Source: Lama glama (taxonomy: Eukaryota). Taken from it: a stretch of DNA of 64,000 bases. The stretch lies in contig CM052828.1 of assembly GCA_028534125.1 (NCBI GenBank), positions 1,922,001-1,986,000 on the forward strand. Reading direction: 5' to 3'. The first letter of the stretch is position 1. Every line of letters begins with the position of its first letter. Below are positions 1 to 12,500 of the stretch, in pieces. The notes beneath the pieces were generated by a model. It saw only the letters and a list, made by a program, of their open reading frames with translations. It had not been told where the DNA came from and did no database searches. Position numbers and translations under genes: made by a program.

Positions 1-698
1 TCTAAAATTTTACCACCTAAACTAGAAAAGATAATAAAGGCTAAGATATGGAAGGTTTTAAACACAAAGTAATGAGAAAAAAATGCTTAATAATTGATCT
101 ACTTTTACAATTAATTAAGGAGGTTTCTTATTAAGCTTAAACACAAAATATAATTTTTGCAATATCTTCCGTTATTACTTTCTTTTATGGCTGTTCAGTT
201 TGCTTTTTTTATGAGTGTACTCAAACTGAAAGAATATATTGTAAATAGAAGTACTTAACCAAAATAATTATCCTTTTAAATAAACTCTGTCAAAAAGCAA
301 ACTTCTAAGTCCAGGGCAGTCAAGCAGGCATGGGCTCACGGCCCCTGGGTGTGGGCTTTGTATTATTTTATTTGGTCAGCTGGTTGGTGGTACATGAAAT
401 TCATAAAATTACATTATGTAATTACAAAAAATTACAAAAGTGTTCCTAGAGCAACACTGCTTGATTACAGCACACAGCAGCCGGGGGCTCCTCCGCCCTG
501 AACCCTCATGTGGTTGTATATACACTGACTGCATCTCAGCCCAGCCCATCCAGTATGCGCACCGCAGGCGCAGAAGGACACAGGTACAGCCGTTCAAATC
601 CAGAATCTCTGTCATGTAAATGCAAGTAGAACCTCCCAGTGATTTTACCCCATCTCGTTTTCACTAGTGTGGATGCACACACGCACACAACTACCTAC

Positions 699-784
699 CT
701 TAAGAATCTGTCCTCCTTCGGGATATCTTCTTAAAATATCCTTGAGAAAATCAACAAGCGGTGGAGTTGTTTGACCAAATCGAC
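699..784 (-). CDS. SACS: Sacsin coding exon (equivalent to human exon 5), 86 nt: (G)[28 protein letters not shown]
   Basis: Minus strand reads ttttag|GTCGATTTGGTCAAACA...CAGATTCTTAAG|gtaggt. The translation matches human sacsin as I recall it, and the phase fits the preceding exon. The gene continues off the left edge. Confidence 0.97.
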
Positions 785-1689
785 CTAAAATACAGAACAC
801 ACTTAGAGTGACTTAGAAAAAAACTCCCCTGGCCTGCTACCAACGTGTTACCTGGTTCTAAGACAGGAAAATTACACAAGTTCTGACTTCACACGTCTCA
901 CTGCGGCACTCCGGCATGAAAACCCCCCTGACGAAACAGGTCCGGCAGGACGTAAAGCAGATTCCATTTATCAAATCTCAAGATTTTTAATCAAACTACA
1001 AATTAGGTTTTATTAAAATGTCCAAAATATACTATATGTCACGTAAGATTATTAATTCAAAAATAGCATGGTGGTATTCTATTTGCCAAAGAAAATGAAA
1101 TAAATGGCACCGTCTTGTGGGTGCTTAGCCACTAAATAACATGCCACAGATGGTGGCACTGTTAGGACATTCTTAAAATTCTCAAACTCAACCAGTGTTC
1201 TGGTTGTTTTGAAATTCAGCACGGTCACTGTCTCAACGGCTATCCAATTCAAATACACTAAGTCTTCCCCAAACTGGAGATTCTCAGAACTAACCAACCA
1301 GGTCACCTTCAGACAGGTGACACCAAAGTGGAGGGAAAGGGAGAGAAGTAATTTCTCGGATGCACGGAATAAAAAAAATCTGTTTATAAGTAAAAAAGAA
1401 ATCTGTGCTTACAACAAAATCACCACTATACATTTATCTGCATCACTTTGGTACAACTAATCACCAAGACCAGGCATCCGCAGGACCAAGGCCATGGGGC
1501 TCTGCCCACAGACTGCTCCACCCCAGCCACGCTTCCAATTCGCAGGCTCCGCTCCGCCCACCCTCCTCTTCCTCTGGCCCCGACATCCCCTCATCGCATC
1601 CCAATGGTATGTTCTTTCATTTCACTTTTAAATCATGATCTTTATGTAACTGAAAATGGCATTTATTCCTGGTAAAGTCAATATTATAC

Positions 1690-1777
1690 CTCCTCCTTTT
1701 AAGCCTTTTGATTGAAGGTTTACAAAAAGATGACCATTTTTGGAAGTCAGATCTCCAATCTTGATCCAGTCGGATAA
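1690..1777 (-). CDS. SACS: Sacsin coding exon (equivalent to human exon 4), 88 nt: [29 protein letters not shown](G), C-terminal part of the UBL domain
   Basis: Polypyrimidine tract then ttttcag|TTATCCGACTGG...AAAGGAGGAG|gtataa. The peptide matches sacsin [29 protein letters not shown]. Confidence 0.97.
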
Positions 1778-3209
1778 CTGAAAAAAAGAAAAGAAAATGT
1801 ATGAAAAGCAATATAGTTCCTAATTCTGGAAAGTCAAAACTTTACCTCATTTTTTTCGCTTAAGAAATAATGTTTGTTAAGTGTTCTTATCAGGAAATAA
1901 GCTGTTCTGAAGAAGTGAATATTCTAAAAAACAAAAATTTAGTCAAAAATTTTATTTAAAAATTAAAATGATTTTTCCTTAAATAATTACAAATAGGTAA
2001 AGATACACACATTTCTGCTTTAAAATACTTTAAATTTTTATAATGAATCAGGATTATCAATGTAAACAAAGTCCCTCTTCTGATCAGCATTTCCAAAGTG
2101 TATTACTTACAACAGAGCACCATGGGATTCAACAGATCTTAGAGAACCAAAAAAAAAAGTTTTAAAATAGTTGGAATAATTTCGTTTTTAGGGCATTTAA
2201 CATACCAGTATTGTGGTAACTTTCTTAGAAAGGATTAGACTACATGGTATTTCACAAATTTTAGCAGTAATTTTTTTTCATTTATTTTCAAAGAGCATCT
2301 TATAAGTTATCGTTCCTAGAAATACACTGGAAAACCGCTTATAGTTGTTGCAATAAAAGAGGTGTGATGTGAAAGGGAAAGACAAGTGAGGACCCCAACC
2401 TCTGAGGCTGCTCTGGGCTGTAATGTTCCCAGCTGGCTGTCCTGAAAGAGGCCTTGATACTCATTCTCTGGTGACTGTTCTGTCTCTCACGAAGGCAGGG
2501 TACAATGTGTGTGATCACGACCCACAGGAGCAAGGTAACAGAGAGCCTTTTTTGAAAAATGAGGTAAATAATCCAAAGCCAGACCCACTTCTCCCCCGCA
2601 GGCCACTCTTAACTGTTACTGTGGGGTGACTTACAAGTCAACAGTCTGCAAAACATTACTCAAATGCTCACCTCAAGAACCACCTCTGTAACTTACTCTT
2701 GACAGAGGTGAAAGGCCTCGCTCGCCACACCAAAGCATCTCTATTTCCGACTGTCCGCCACACATCTCATACCAATACCCCCAGGGTTCCCAAAGCTCCT
2801 GCTGCCAAAAGGTGGCTTCACTAGTTTTCCTCCAGCGTTCACCTCCCATCTTCTCTGCATGTCAATTAACAGTGGCACCTTCTACCTGGTGGCTTCAATG
2901 GGAAAGCTCAGGGAGAAGCTCTCTCCCCCAAGTCCAGTTAATCCTCAGGTCCCAGCATGTCCATCCCCATTCCTGTCATACTTAACTTGCTCTTCCCATT
3001 TCCAATTGCTCAGACTCTCAGCATCTCCTGGATGTTTATAACGCTCTCCCATCTGGTCTCCTTACTGTCTATACAACATCTTCATTCTAGTCCCCATTTC
3101 TAGAATACAAATCTGAATACAGTGTTAACAGCTGTTACAGTTCCCAGTTTATAAAGCACTTTCACATACATATTCCCACAGAATCTTAAAGCAAGCCTGT
3201 AAAAAATTC

Positions 3210-3670
3210 CATGCACAGGAAGTATGGATAAGAATAATCATAACACTAATATTGTTAACAACAAAAATTTAGAAACAACCCAAATTCTATGACACATTCA
3301 CACGGTGGAATATTACACAGCAATGAAAATGACCTAACTAAACTACATAAATTTGGGTGAACTTTCATAACATAATATTGAATAAAAAAGCTAATTCCCA
3401 GTTGCTACATAGCATAAGCTTCTTACAAAGTTCACAAACAACTAACAGTAAACAGTGTATTACTTAGGTAATACACATACACATAGGATAAAGTCACCAA
3501 AACAACTACAAAAAAGGCAACAGGACAAAACACACAAAGGGGTCAGAGGAAAGAGACAGGCATACAGGCTGGGGAGGAGAAGCACCGAAGCGAAGAGAAG
3601 CCGTTAGCAGCATTCTCGTTCTCCAGCTGGATCATGTCATCACAGTTGTTCCTTCTATTAATTAACTAAT
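3210..3670 (+). mobile_element. Old L1M 3'-end fragment
   Basis: gaaacaacccaaat..ggaatattacacagcaatgaaaatga motif typical of L1 3' ends. Confidence 0.65.
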
Positions 3671-5994
3671 TAATTACTTAAAGAGAGATATGTATAAGTC
3701 AAGGGTTAGTAGTCCAATTCTGTTAGCTAAGGAACATTCAAAGAAGAAAGGCAGAGAGGAAGGAAGGAAGGAAATCTATAATGCAGGGAGATATTTCCAG
3801 GTCTTAAAGAAGACTTGAAAAGCAAGAATACATGGAGTGGAAACTTGTTAGTGAAAACAGACAGAACTGGCTAAGTGAGTCTGATGAAGAATGCTTTTGA
3901 TAGATTGTAATCAGTGGCCTGTCTACAGGGAAGTGGTTCTTGCAGAGAAATCAAGCAGCAGAGATAACCTCATTAGCTCAGCAGCGCTACCTGCTTTCTC
4001 CTCGTGAGCTTGCCAGGATTTGAGGATTCTGCTTGGGTCTCTCTCTCTGAACCATAAATCACTCCACCAAGCAAAGTGACTTTGGTCATGTTCATCTCCA
4101 GAGGCAATGAAATCTTTGTATTTTGTTTTTAAAACAGAATGATTATAAAATAATTTGAACATCAGGGTCTCTATCCAGGCCAGTCTCAATGTCTCTTAAA
4201 AACCTTAGAGATGTTCATTTTCATTTACTATGAAATAACAAACTCTCTCCATATTGTTAAGCAAATAGTACAATATTAATTGCAGACCTATAGCTGCCCG
4301 TTGACTACCATGCCCTACACTCTTACATAACAGAGACCTTAGAATTGGTTAGAATTCATTTTATCCCATTCCTACCAGAAACAGGAGAAAAGATTCTAAC
4401 GTGTTACCTAATTTGGCCTGTTACACTGGGTCTTCACCCAAAGCTATGCTCTGCCATCAGCTCAACCATGTGTAAAAGCAAACTGATTACCACTGTCCCC
4501 CAAACCTACCCTTCTCTGAACCTGTTCATCTCTGCTCACTGGACCATTATTTTCCTGGTCTGATTCAAGGCTTGCAAACATCCTTGACAAGGTCTTCTCC
4601 CTTCTACAACCAATACCCACCCCGACACTACCCCTTCCTCTGCTCACACAAATACACACATCCACTTGGTACCAAACTACCATATTTCTGTCCTTTCCAA
4701 AGTCCCCTGCATATCCTTTCCTTTCAGTTTCAGCTCTATTGTCAAAGTCTGGAACCTCACTACCTCATACTAGCACAAGTTTCCTAACCAGACTCCCACT
4801 GCCCGCCCGCTCGATCTGAAACACTTCACATCCACCATCACGCCGGCCCACGCCGATGCTCTGCAGAGACACCTCCAAAAACACTGCTAACGACAAGACT
4901 GAGGCACAGCTGAGTCTTTGGGTATGACCACGTCTAAGGGATAAGATGACAAAGCAGAACCAGAGGAGTAACCAAATAAGTAGGTATGGAACCAGGAGAG
5001 GACACACAGGAAGGTCAAGACATGTGGCAGGGGCAGAAAAACAGGCAAGAATGACAAGCTTCCTTCCTCAATTCTGTCCAAAATCCTCAATCAAGACACT
5101 GTCTCCCACTGAACACCCTGGGGAACCAACCAGTAAGGAGGACTGATCCCTGGAGGAACTCAAGAACAGGTTAACCTAAAATCTGTGTCTAAGAGGGCAA
5201 GCGACCAGAGGGTGCAACCAGGCACGCAGAAGGCCAAGATTACACCGAGGGATTGAAAGTCACTGGCACCAAGCATTTCACCAGAATCTGTACTGGGTAG
5301 TAAGGAAGTCAAATACTTGAAATGCCACCTCGTGTGGCTCAAGCATTCTTGTACATCTGGTTCAACTCTTATTTGCCTCTTGTACTATATAAAAAGTGAA
5401 GATATTTACTTTTAAGATGAAAGATTAAGTTAATTTTCATTAAAATGCTTCCGTTTAACTCCTCCTTTAAGAAAACTAGTATTTCCACCAATCTTAAAGG
5501 ATATATATAATATGAAATACTCCTATTTTCCAAAGTTCTGATCTGCTAAGTCATTCACTTGCACCTCAGGAGATTTAATATAAATTTACTCCTCAAAATA
5601 ACGGGTTCCATGAAGATCCTTTCAGTCCTAAATTTTCGTGATCCAGAGATGGGGGGAACGGAAGACATGAGGTCAAAGTACTGAGCTGCATTCCAGTTAA
5701 ACGCATAACACAATCAGAAAAATATGAGTAATGATTAAGTCACTTCAATGATGATGGCTCCTAAGAAGCGAACCAAAAAAAAAAAGAAAACACCTCCGGC
5801 CATAAAGCCCATCAAGAGTACCGTAGTTTCAGGAAGTGAAGCTTCAGACAAAACGGGGGTGGGGGCGGGGGGTACACTGCTGAAGCGGCTCATCCACAGA
5901 AATCACAGCAGTGACAGGCACGCAGCCGCGTCACCCGATCGGCATTCACAAGGCATCATTTCCAGGGGGCAGGAGCCCGGCAGGCAGCCCCGGG

Positions 5995-6160
5995 CCCAGA
6001 CCTCCTCCTCGCGCCCAGACCCCGTCCCCACCCCCGCCCACGTCCCCAGACCCCGTCCCCACCCCCGTCCGGGTCCCCAGACCCCGTCCCCGCCCCCCCC
6101 CAGGTCCCCAGACCCCGTCCCCGTCCCCCGCCCGCGTCCCCAGACCTCCTCCTCGTCCCC
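5995..6160. repeat. Degenerate ~31-bp GC-rich tandem repeat (6 copies of a CCCAGAC-initiated unit), G-rich on the SACS sense strand
   Basis: Units begin at about 5995, 6014, 6045, 6075, 6106 and 6138. The inner four share CCCAGACCCCGTCCCC; the first and last read CCCAGACCTCCTCCTCG. Confidence 0.85.
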
Positions 6161-6191
6161 GGCCTCCCGCCGCGGGCCCGGGCCGCCCTAC

Positions 6192-6342
6192 CTGCCGGCC
6201 GCCCAGCCACAGCCGCTGCTCCGCCGCGGGGAAGCCAGTCTCGGCCGCGAGGCGCCGCTTCACGTCGCGCACCGTCCAGGACGCGGGGACCGCCACCGTC
6301 CTGCAGCCCACGCAGCCGGGCAGCACGGTCACCCGGAGCCAC
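6192..6342 (-). CDS. SACS: Sacsin coding exon (equivalent to human exon 3), 151 nt: (R)[53 protein letters not shown] domain
   Basis: cctttgccttcgcacag|GTGGCTCCGG...GGCCGGCAG|gtaggg. Contained in ORF 5946..6356(-). Close to human [50 protein letters not shown]. Confidence 0.97.
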
Positions 6343-6414
6343 CTGTGCGAAGGCAAAGGCCTCAGTGGGCGCCCCGCGGGCGGGCCCGCGGCCCCCCGCC
6401 GCGCCGGCGCTCAC

Positions 6415-6464
6415 CTGTCGCCCATGGCGCGTCCTCACCGCCCGCGCCGCCGCGCCCGCGCCAT
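6415..6464 (-). CDS. SACS: Coding portion of a putative proximal alternative first exon of SACS: MGDR (ATG 6425, donor after 6415) or MARARRRGR (ATG 6464, donor after 6439)
   Basis: gcgccATGGGCGACAG|gtgagc has a strong Kozak context and a 72-nt intron to the 6342 acceptor. agcATGGCG...GGGCG|gtgagg gives a 96-nt intron. Both are phase 2 and in frame with exon 3. Confidence 0.7.
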
Positions 6465-7249
6465 GCTCCCGCCTCAGGCCGGCGCCGCCCCGCCCGGCCC
6501 CGCCGCCGCCCCGGGAGCCGCCTCGCCGACCAGGAGCGCCGGAGGAAGCGAGGCCGGGGAGGGGCCGGCGGAGGCGGCGGCGCGCGCTCCCGGCCGCCAG
6601 GGCCCCGGAGGCGCCGCCCGCGGGCACGCGCCCGCCCGGACCGTTAGCTCAGGGGACGCCCCGCCCGCCCGTCAGGACCCGCCTGCCGGGCTGTTAGCTG
6701 AGGAGCCTCTCCCCGCGTCAGGACTCGCCCGCCTTCGGGCCAGCAGCTCCTCGGGCCCCGCCCCTGCCGCCGGGCCCCGCCCTCCCTCAGGCCCGGCCCC
6801 GCCCTCCCTCAGGCCCCGCCCCGCCCGCCCCGCGGCCGCGGCCGCGCAGGGCACAGGCTCAAACACTTAACGCCGCTCAACGCACGCTTCGAGCACGTTT
6901 CGAGAGCACCGTGTTTCCCCTGGCGGCGTTCAGAAGTGCCCTGAAAGGCAGAACTGGACGACCGTGGGGCCTACCACTCCTTCAGCCCTAGTGGCTGAGT
7001 CTCTGGAAGCATCTCCAAAGATTTCCGGGGACCTCTTAGTCACCAGAGGAGAACGTGGCAGCTGCAGGACGCAGGTGTCTTCGTTTCCTGCTTGTTTTTA
7101 AGGCACAAAAGTAGGATCCGTGATTCAGTTTTCTGGAGTAAGGAGTGCCAGCAGGAAAGTGGTGGGTGAGAACGCACACGAACATATCCTGTGACGCTTT
7201 AAAACGTATGTAACATACTTGGGCAATGTTACCTTGTATTGCTGGTAGC

Positions 7250-7465
7250 CTGGGTGGACACTAGCATCCCTGGACCCTCAACTCCTTATATAAAGGGGCA
7301 GAGTATTTGCCATAACCTTCACGCACCTTCCCTGTACTTTAAGTCATCTCTAGATCACTTATAATACCCACTGCAGTGTAAATGCAGTGAATAGTTGCCA
7401 GCCCTGGCAAATTCAAGTATTGCTTTGGGGAACTTTCTGTAATTTTTTTCCTAATATTTTTGCCA
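7250..7465 (+). mobile_element. MER2-like (TcMar-Tigger) DNA transposon fossil
   Basis: tactttaagtcatctctagatcacttataatacc..ggcaaattcaagtattgctttggggaactttctg resembles MER2B. Confidence 0.75.
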
Positions 7466-8589
7466 CCGCCACAGTCACTGAAACAGGCAAACACTCCGAG
7501 AGTCACCCTTCTGTCTACACTTTACTGATCCCGAGTCACCACCCCGCCCCTTGATGCATAGGCGCCTCCCTTCAGGCAGACCCTACTGAAGAGAACCCCC
7601 TCAGCCCTAGCCTCTCCGGCTTAGGGCAGGCCTTGTTCACCGGGCGGGTGTGAGGAGGCGAACCCTCCCACCCTTGGCAGCATCCCTCTCCAAAGAACTC
7701 TCTACCAAGCCGCCCCTCCCACCTTCCCCCGCTAAAGGGGTCTCGGTGCCCGGGCCTGCTGTGAGGCCCTTTGTAACTGCGCTGGAGGGAGGGTCTGTCC
7801 CTGGAACATTTTGCAATGTGATGCCACCGTCCAAACTGAGGTAGGAGGCACTTTACATTAGCATTTTTCACCTTAGGTATGCATAGCCAGCAGAACAAGT
7901 GTCATAGGGCCCAAGAGGAGAGAATATAAACAGCATGTAAATCAAAAATGTGTGAGACAGGTGTATAATACACTCACTCACTCCTTCCATCCCAGCACTA
8001 CAGTTCACCAGGGTTGCAGCAGTTAAAGCGACACCCAGCTCCTAAGAGGCGAAACCCACCCCTTACCCACATGATTCCTTCTCCATCAAAAAGAAAATAG
8101 CTATTCTAATTGATTCTCCTTAACTCACTTCACCTTTTCACCAGAATTCTACTTAAAGTATTTAATAGGAAGATGGTGGTACTCATAGCAGAATCCTGCC
8201 TTTTCTGCCCACAACAAATCTCTGAAAGGAGTGTCTCTCCTAAAGTCAGCATTTCTTCACGCTGATGAACCTTTGTGTTTCGCTTTGGTTTGGGCTTTTA
8301 ATTCCCTGTGCAAGGACCATTGCTTTAAGGTACTTTAAGGGGGAGCATTTCATTCTGGTGGAGGTTCCCAGAGGACGGCGGGTGTGTGCGGAGGTGTGAG
8401 CCCAGCCGTGAAGGTGTCTGCCTGGGCACATGGAAGGCAGGATTTCGGCTGTCTGTGCCCCCAAGAAATTCTGCACAATTGAATGAGGAAACCTTCATTC
8501 TACAGCACAACCTCAGACCGTGTCACATGTGACCCTGCACCGTCACTTGCCATCCCCCACCCCCTCCCCACCAAACCCAGCCTAGAGTT

Positions 8590-8925
8590 TCATGGGGCAC
8601 TGATTCCTGCTACAACATGGATGAATCCTGAAGCTACGCCAAATAAGCCGGGCACTAAAGAGCACACAAACGTGCTTCCGCTTTATGAAGCCTGCAGAGT
8701 GTGCACATTCAGGACAGAAAGGAGGTAAGTGGCTGCCCAGGTGCGTGGGGAGGGGAACCAGGAAGGGGAGTGACCGCTAATAGATTTCTTTCGAAGATGA
8801 AGAAAATGTTCCAGATTGTGATATCCTGGTGGAGATCCTAAAAATGCTGGATTGGACCCTTTAAAATGGTGAATTTTATGATATGTGAATTACATATAAT
8901 AATAATAATAACAACAATAATAGTA
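8590..8925 (+). mobile_element. L1M 3'-end fragment with (TAA)n tail
   Basis: gctacaacatggatgaatcctgaa..ttaaaatggtgaattttatgatatgtgaattac. Confidence 0.8.
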
Positions 8926-11789
8926 ATACTGTAGTAGACGTGAAGGCAAAGGATTCCCTGTAGCACCCTGTGTAGAATCCCTCTGGGCACAAACACATTT
9001 TAATGGGCTGCCTGGGTTTTTCCAGTGAGTCCAGTGGTTGGTCTAACTATCTTCTTAAGATGCTCTCGGTCTTTTTCCAGAATGGTGAGAACTGGCATCT
9101 TCGCTCTCAAATACACACAGGAAAAGATGAACTACACACTTCTTAGGAGAACTTTCCAGTTTGACTTTGCACCCTCATCCCTCACTGCCTCCCACCTACC
9201 CTCGTGGGCTCTGCTCTAACCTCATCAAAGTACCTCTCCAGCTCTCTCCCTTGGCCTTGGCCTGTGGTCTCCTTCCTTCCTTCTCCTTCCTGTCCGCTCC
9301 TCCTTCACAGTCACCCCAAGTGTCCTTCGTCGGGAGGCCTGATGCTTCACAGGGCACTGCGGCTGTGAGCCTGGTATCCACCTCGTGCGTGGCTTTCCCC
9401 TCTCTGCCTCCTCCCTAAGCTCTGGGTCCAAAGCTCCATCACTAAGGCCTAATGCAGAGTGGTCCTTGCAAGGGAGGATCTGATCTTTAACCAGAAATGC
9501 TGGGGGCCCAGGCAGAGGTTATCCAACAGGCCCTGTTCAATAACCAATAAGCCAGACAGGTGACAAAACTTCTCTTTGTGCTCATGTAGACACAGTGGCC
9601 TTTTACTTTTAGTTACGTTGAACATGCTTTGGGAAATGATGTCATGTTTCTGAGTTAACATTCCTGCCTTTCCTCCTTCCAAAGAGGCCATATGAATTCC
9701 CCGAAGTGCTAACAGTCTTGAGAAAAGAGGGTTGGGCAGCCTTTACAGGATGCTTGTGAATTTATTGTTAATGTTCATGGGAGGCAGTGGTTTGGTTGCC
9801 AGACATCCTGGCTTATTCGAACACAGCTCTGCCAAAGCAAAACTCAGCAGCAAGGGCCCAGATGTCATCATGCTTACATGCAGCGCCATAGTGAGCAAAG
9901 GCACTTTGCATTAGAGAGGAGAAAAGTGACCCAAGCCCTCGGATGTCCTACAAGTGACCTATCTTGAGCTGTATTAGCCATTTCAGGGAACAATAAAACC
10001 ACAAGTGGTTTCTGAATTCCTCTAGCATTTATGATGCCCTTTGATTAAATATACTCTCTTGGAGCATTCTATACAAAATACTGAGATAGGGTGAGCTAAC
10101 TATAATAGTATGTACGTTAAAATAAATGTACTGCATGCTAACAGTGCTTTAATGGAGTCTCAGCCCTGGACACAATAGTAGGAAACAGAAACCTATAAAA
10201 CATTCCATCATAGAACTGATTAAATTGAACCTAAAAAAGGAAACAGTATGAGCAACAAATACCGTGATACACTATAATACACATCTTCCCTTTGTCTGTT
10301 TCTTTCAGCTATTGACATTTTTCTTTGCTTTTCTTTTGGGAAGATAATAGTTTTCCTTCTGTTTTGTCCTATTTACACAAGTTGTTGTTCTTCACTTTCC
10401 ACCTGTCTGCATTGTCCGCCCTTTATGGGGTGGTGAATTGATGGCAAGACCCTCCCTCTCCCTCCACCAGCTCTCACCCCTTCCAGCTGGGAGGGCTGTA
10501 ACCGCTCCGAGCTCACTTCCTCACCTGTACCACCTGTCCTCGGGGTTGTTGGGAGGTTGTTGGGAGGTGAAGCAGGGCTGTCTCAGACCTGGGAGAGCCG
10601 CACTTATTCATATGTTAAAAATGGGTACCAGCCATGATGCACTGGGCTCTGGGCACTGGCATCCTGATAAAGGAGCCCAGTTTCTGCCTCTGTCTTAGGG
10701 GCATCAGCTCATGGGAACGGCAACCAGGCAGCAATCACGAGAAAGTGATCTCTGCACTCTTCTTCTCACCCTCATCCCCCCACCACCTTGCTATGGCATC
10801 TGAACAGTCAAGGTCAATGCCAGAAAAAATGTAAAGCAAACCAGTGGTGTCTTGGGTACCCTCTAACCTCTGGACCTCAACTTCAGCTCCTTCTTCTGCG
10901 GGGCTCTGCCCTTTTCTCACTGCGTCCCCAGATCTGCTGAGTTCAGGACTTCCCTATGCACATCCTAAATGCAGGCAGTCTGTCACGTGCTCAGAAGTCC
11001 AAGATTGATAATGGTATTAGTAACAGCCACTGCCCATCAGGCACTCAATGAATGGAATGATGCACACACAGAACTTCAATATGAAAGGGAAAGCGCTGAA
11101 ATGAAGGAAGCTGCCTAAGATCTGAGCTGCTGCTGAATGTCACGAGATTGGCTTCCTCTAACAGGCTTTCCTGGATGCGCATCACAGCCTCGTGTCCTCA
11201 TCAGGAAAGAGACTGCCCTCCTGGTTGGTTTTATGTCTGGAATGAGATCTGGGTTTTTTAATTTTCTTCCCTCGTGATCTTTATTTCCAAGCACACTGCA
11301 GGGTCAGCTCACATCAGCTCCATCCATCACATTTTGTGGGTCCACTTCCCCGCTGGGCACACCCCAGCCCTTCCACTCTCCCGCACACGGAGAGTCCTAC
11401 TGCAAAGTGGCCCTGGGAGTCCCTTCTTGTGCATTTCCAGGTGCCTGTGTGTGTTTAGAAATAGAATTTACTTTTCTTTCCAAGTCTTCAGGATTTGTTT
11501 GGAGAAGACCAGACACACTGGCACATGGGGTAACTGTTACCATCATATACCCCTCCATGCCGCGGCGCTGTCCTCTGGTCCCTGCCGGCTCCTCCCCACA
11601 GGGGGCAGTGAAGCCCTTCCCTCTGTCTTAAGGATATTTGTATTTGTATCGCCACTGCTGTGTGAGGACTGGGTTCACAGTCTGGGGAGGTTAGTCGCCC
11701 AACTGCCTCTGAAATCATACCGCAAAGACCAGTGTTCACTCTAAGCAGTAATTGGAATGGTGACAAGTTCAAAACCAAACGCAATAATG

Positions 11790-11975
11790 ATACCTGCCAT
11801 TAATGAAACACTTACTGGGCACCGAACACTTCTAACTTAATCTTCACTAACACCCTACGAGGCATTTTTATTCCTATTTTACAGATGAAAAGGAGACTCA
11901 GAAAGGTCACAACTTCCCAAGGCCACACACAGGACCAGGATCTAACCCCACTCCTGCAAACCCCTAGCCTGCCTG
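11790..11975 (-). mobile_element. MIR SINE
   Basis: MIR core cctattttacagatgaaaaggagactcagaaaggtca..ccaaggccacacag. Confidence 0.7.
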
Positions 11976-12143
11976 CCCACATCCCCTTACGAGGTTGTTT
12001 TTGGTGCAAATAGAGATGTTTATCCTGGGGAAACACGACCGCAAGGTACACATAATACTATTCAAATAGGAGAATGGTTTTCATGTATAAGAATTTTCTG
12101 GCTCCAAAGACAGACAGATTTGGAGTTCACTGTAAGAAAAAAT

Positions 12144-12280
12144 NNNNNNNNNNNNNNNNNNNNNNNNNNNNNNNNNNNNNNNNNNNNNNNNNNNNNNNNN
12201 NNNNNNNNNNNNNNNNNNNNNNNNNNNNNNNNNNNNNNNNNNNNNNNNNNNNNNNNNNNNNNNNNNNNNNNNNNNNNNNN
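12144..12280. other. Assembly gap (137 N)
   Basis: Run of N. Confidence 1.
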
Positions 12281-12500
12281 TCACAAAATAAGTTTGGAAG
12301 TGTTCCCTCCTCTTCACTCTTTTGGGAGAGTTTGAGAACTGAGATAAGCTCTTCTTTGTATGTTTGGTAGAATTCCCCAGGGAAGCCATCCAGTCCTGGA
12401 CTTTTGTTTGCAGGGAGGCTTTTTATTACCACTTATATTTCACCTCTAATGATTGGTCTGTTCAAATTGTCTGTTTCTTCTTGATTCAGTTTTGGTGGAG
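12281..12500 (-). mobile_element. LINE-1 ORF2 fragment running into the gap
   Basis: Translation [47 protein letters not shown] is the L1 ORF2 region N-terminal to the RT core. Confidence 0.93.

Larger units (their letters stand above)
5900..6930. promoter_or_regulatory. CpG island / proximal SACS promoter
   Basis: Very GC- and CpG-dense, with several CCCCGCCC GC boxes at about 6660-6830, just upstream (minus sense) of the proximal first exon. Confidence 0.9.

Noticed and set aside
5748-6870. Long plus-strand ORFs (299 aa, 319 aa) and the 223-aa minus ORF over the CpG island
   Set aside because: Low-complexity Pro/Arg/Gly/Ala translations expected from stop-poor GC-rich DNA and the minisatellite. 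They overlap SACS exon 3 antisense or out of frame.
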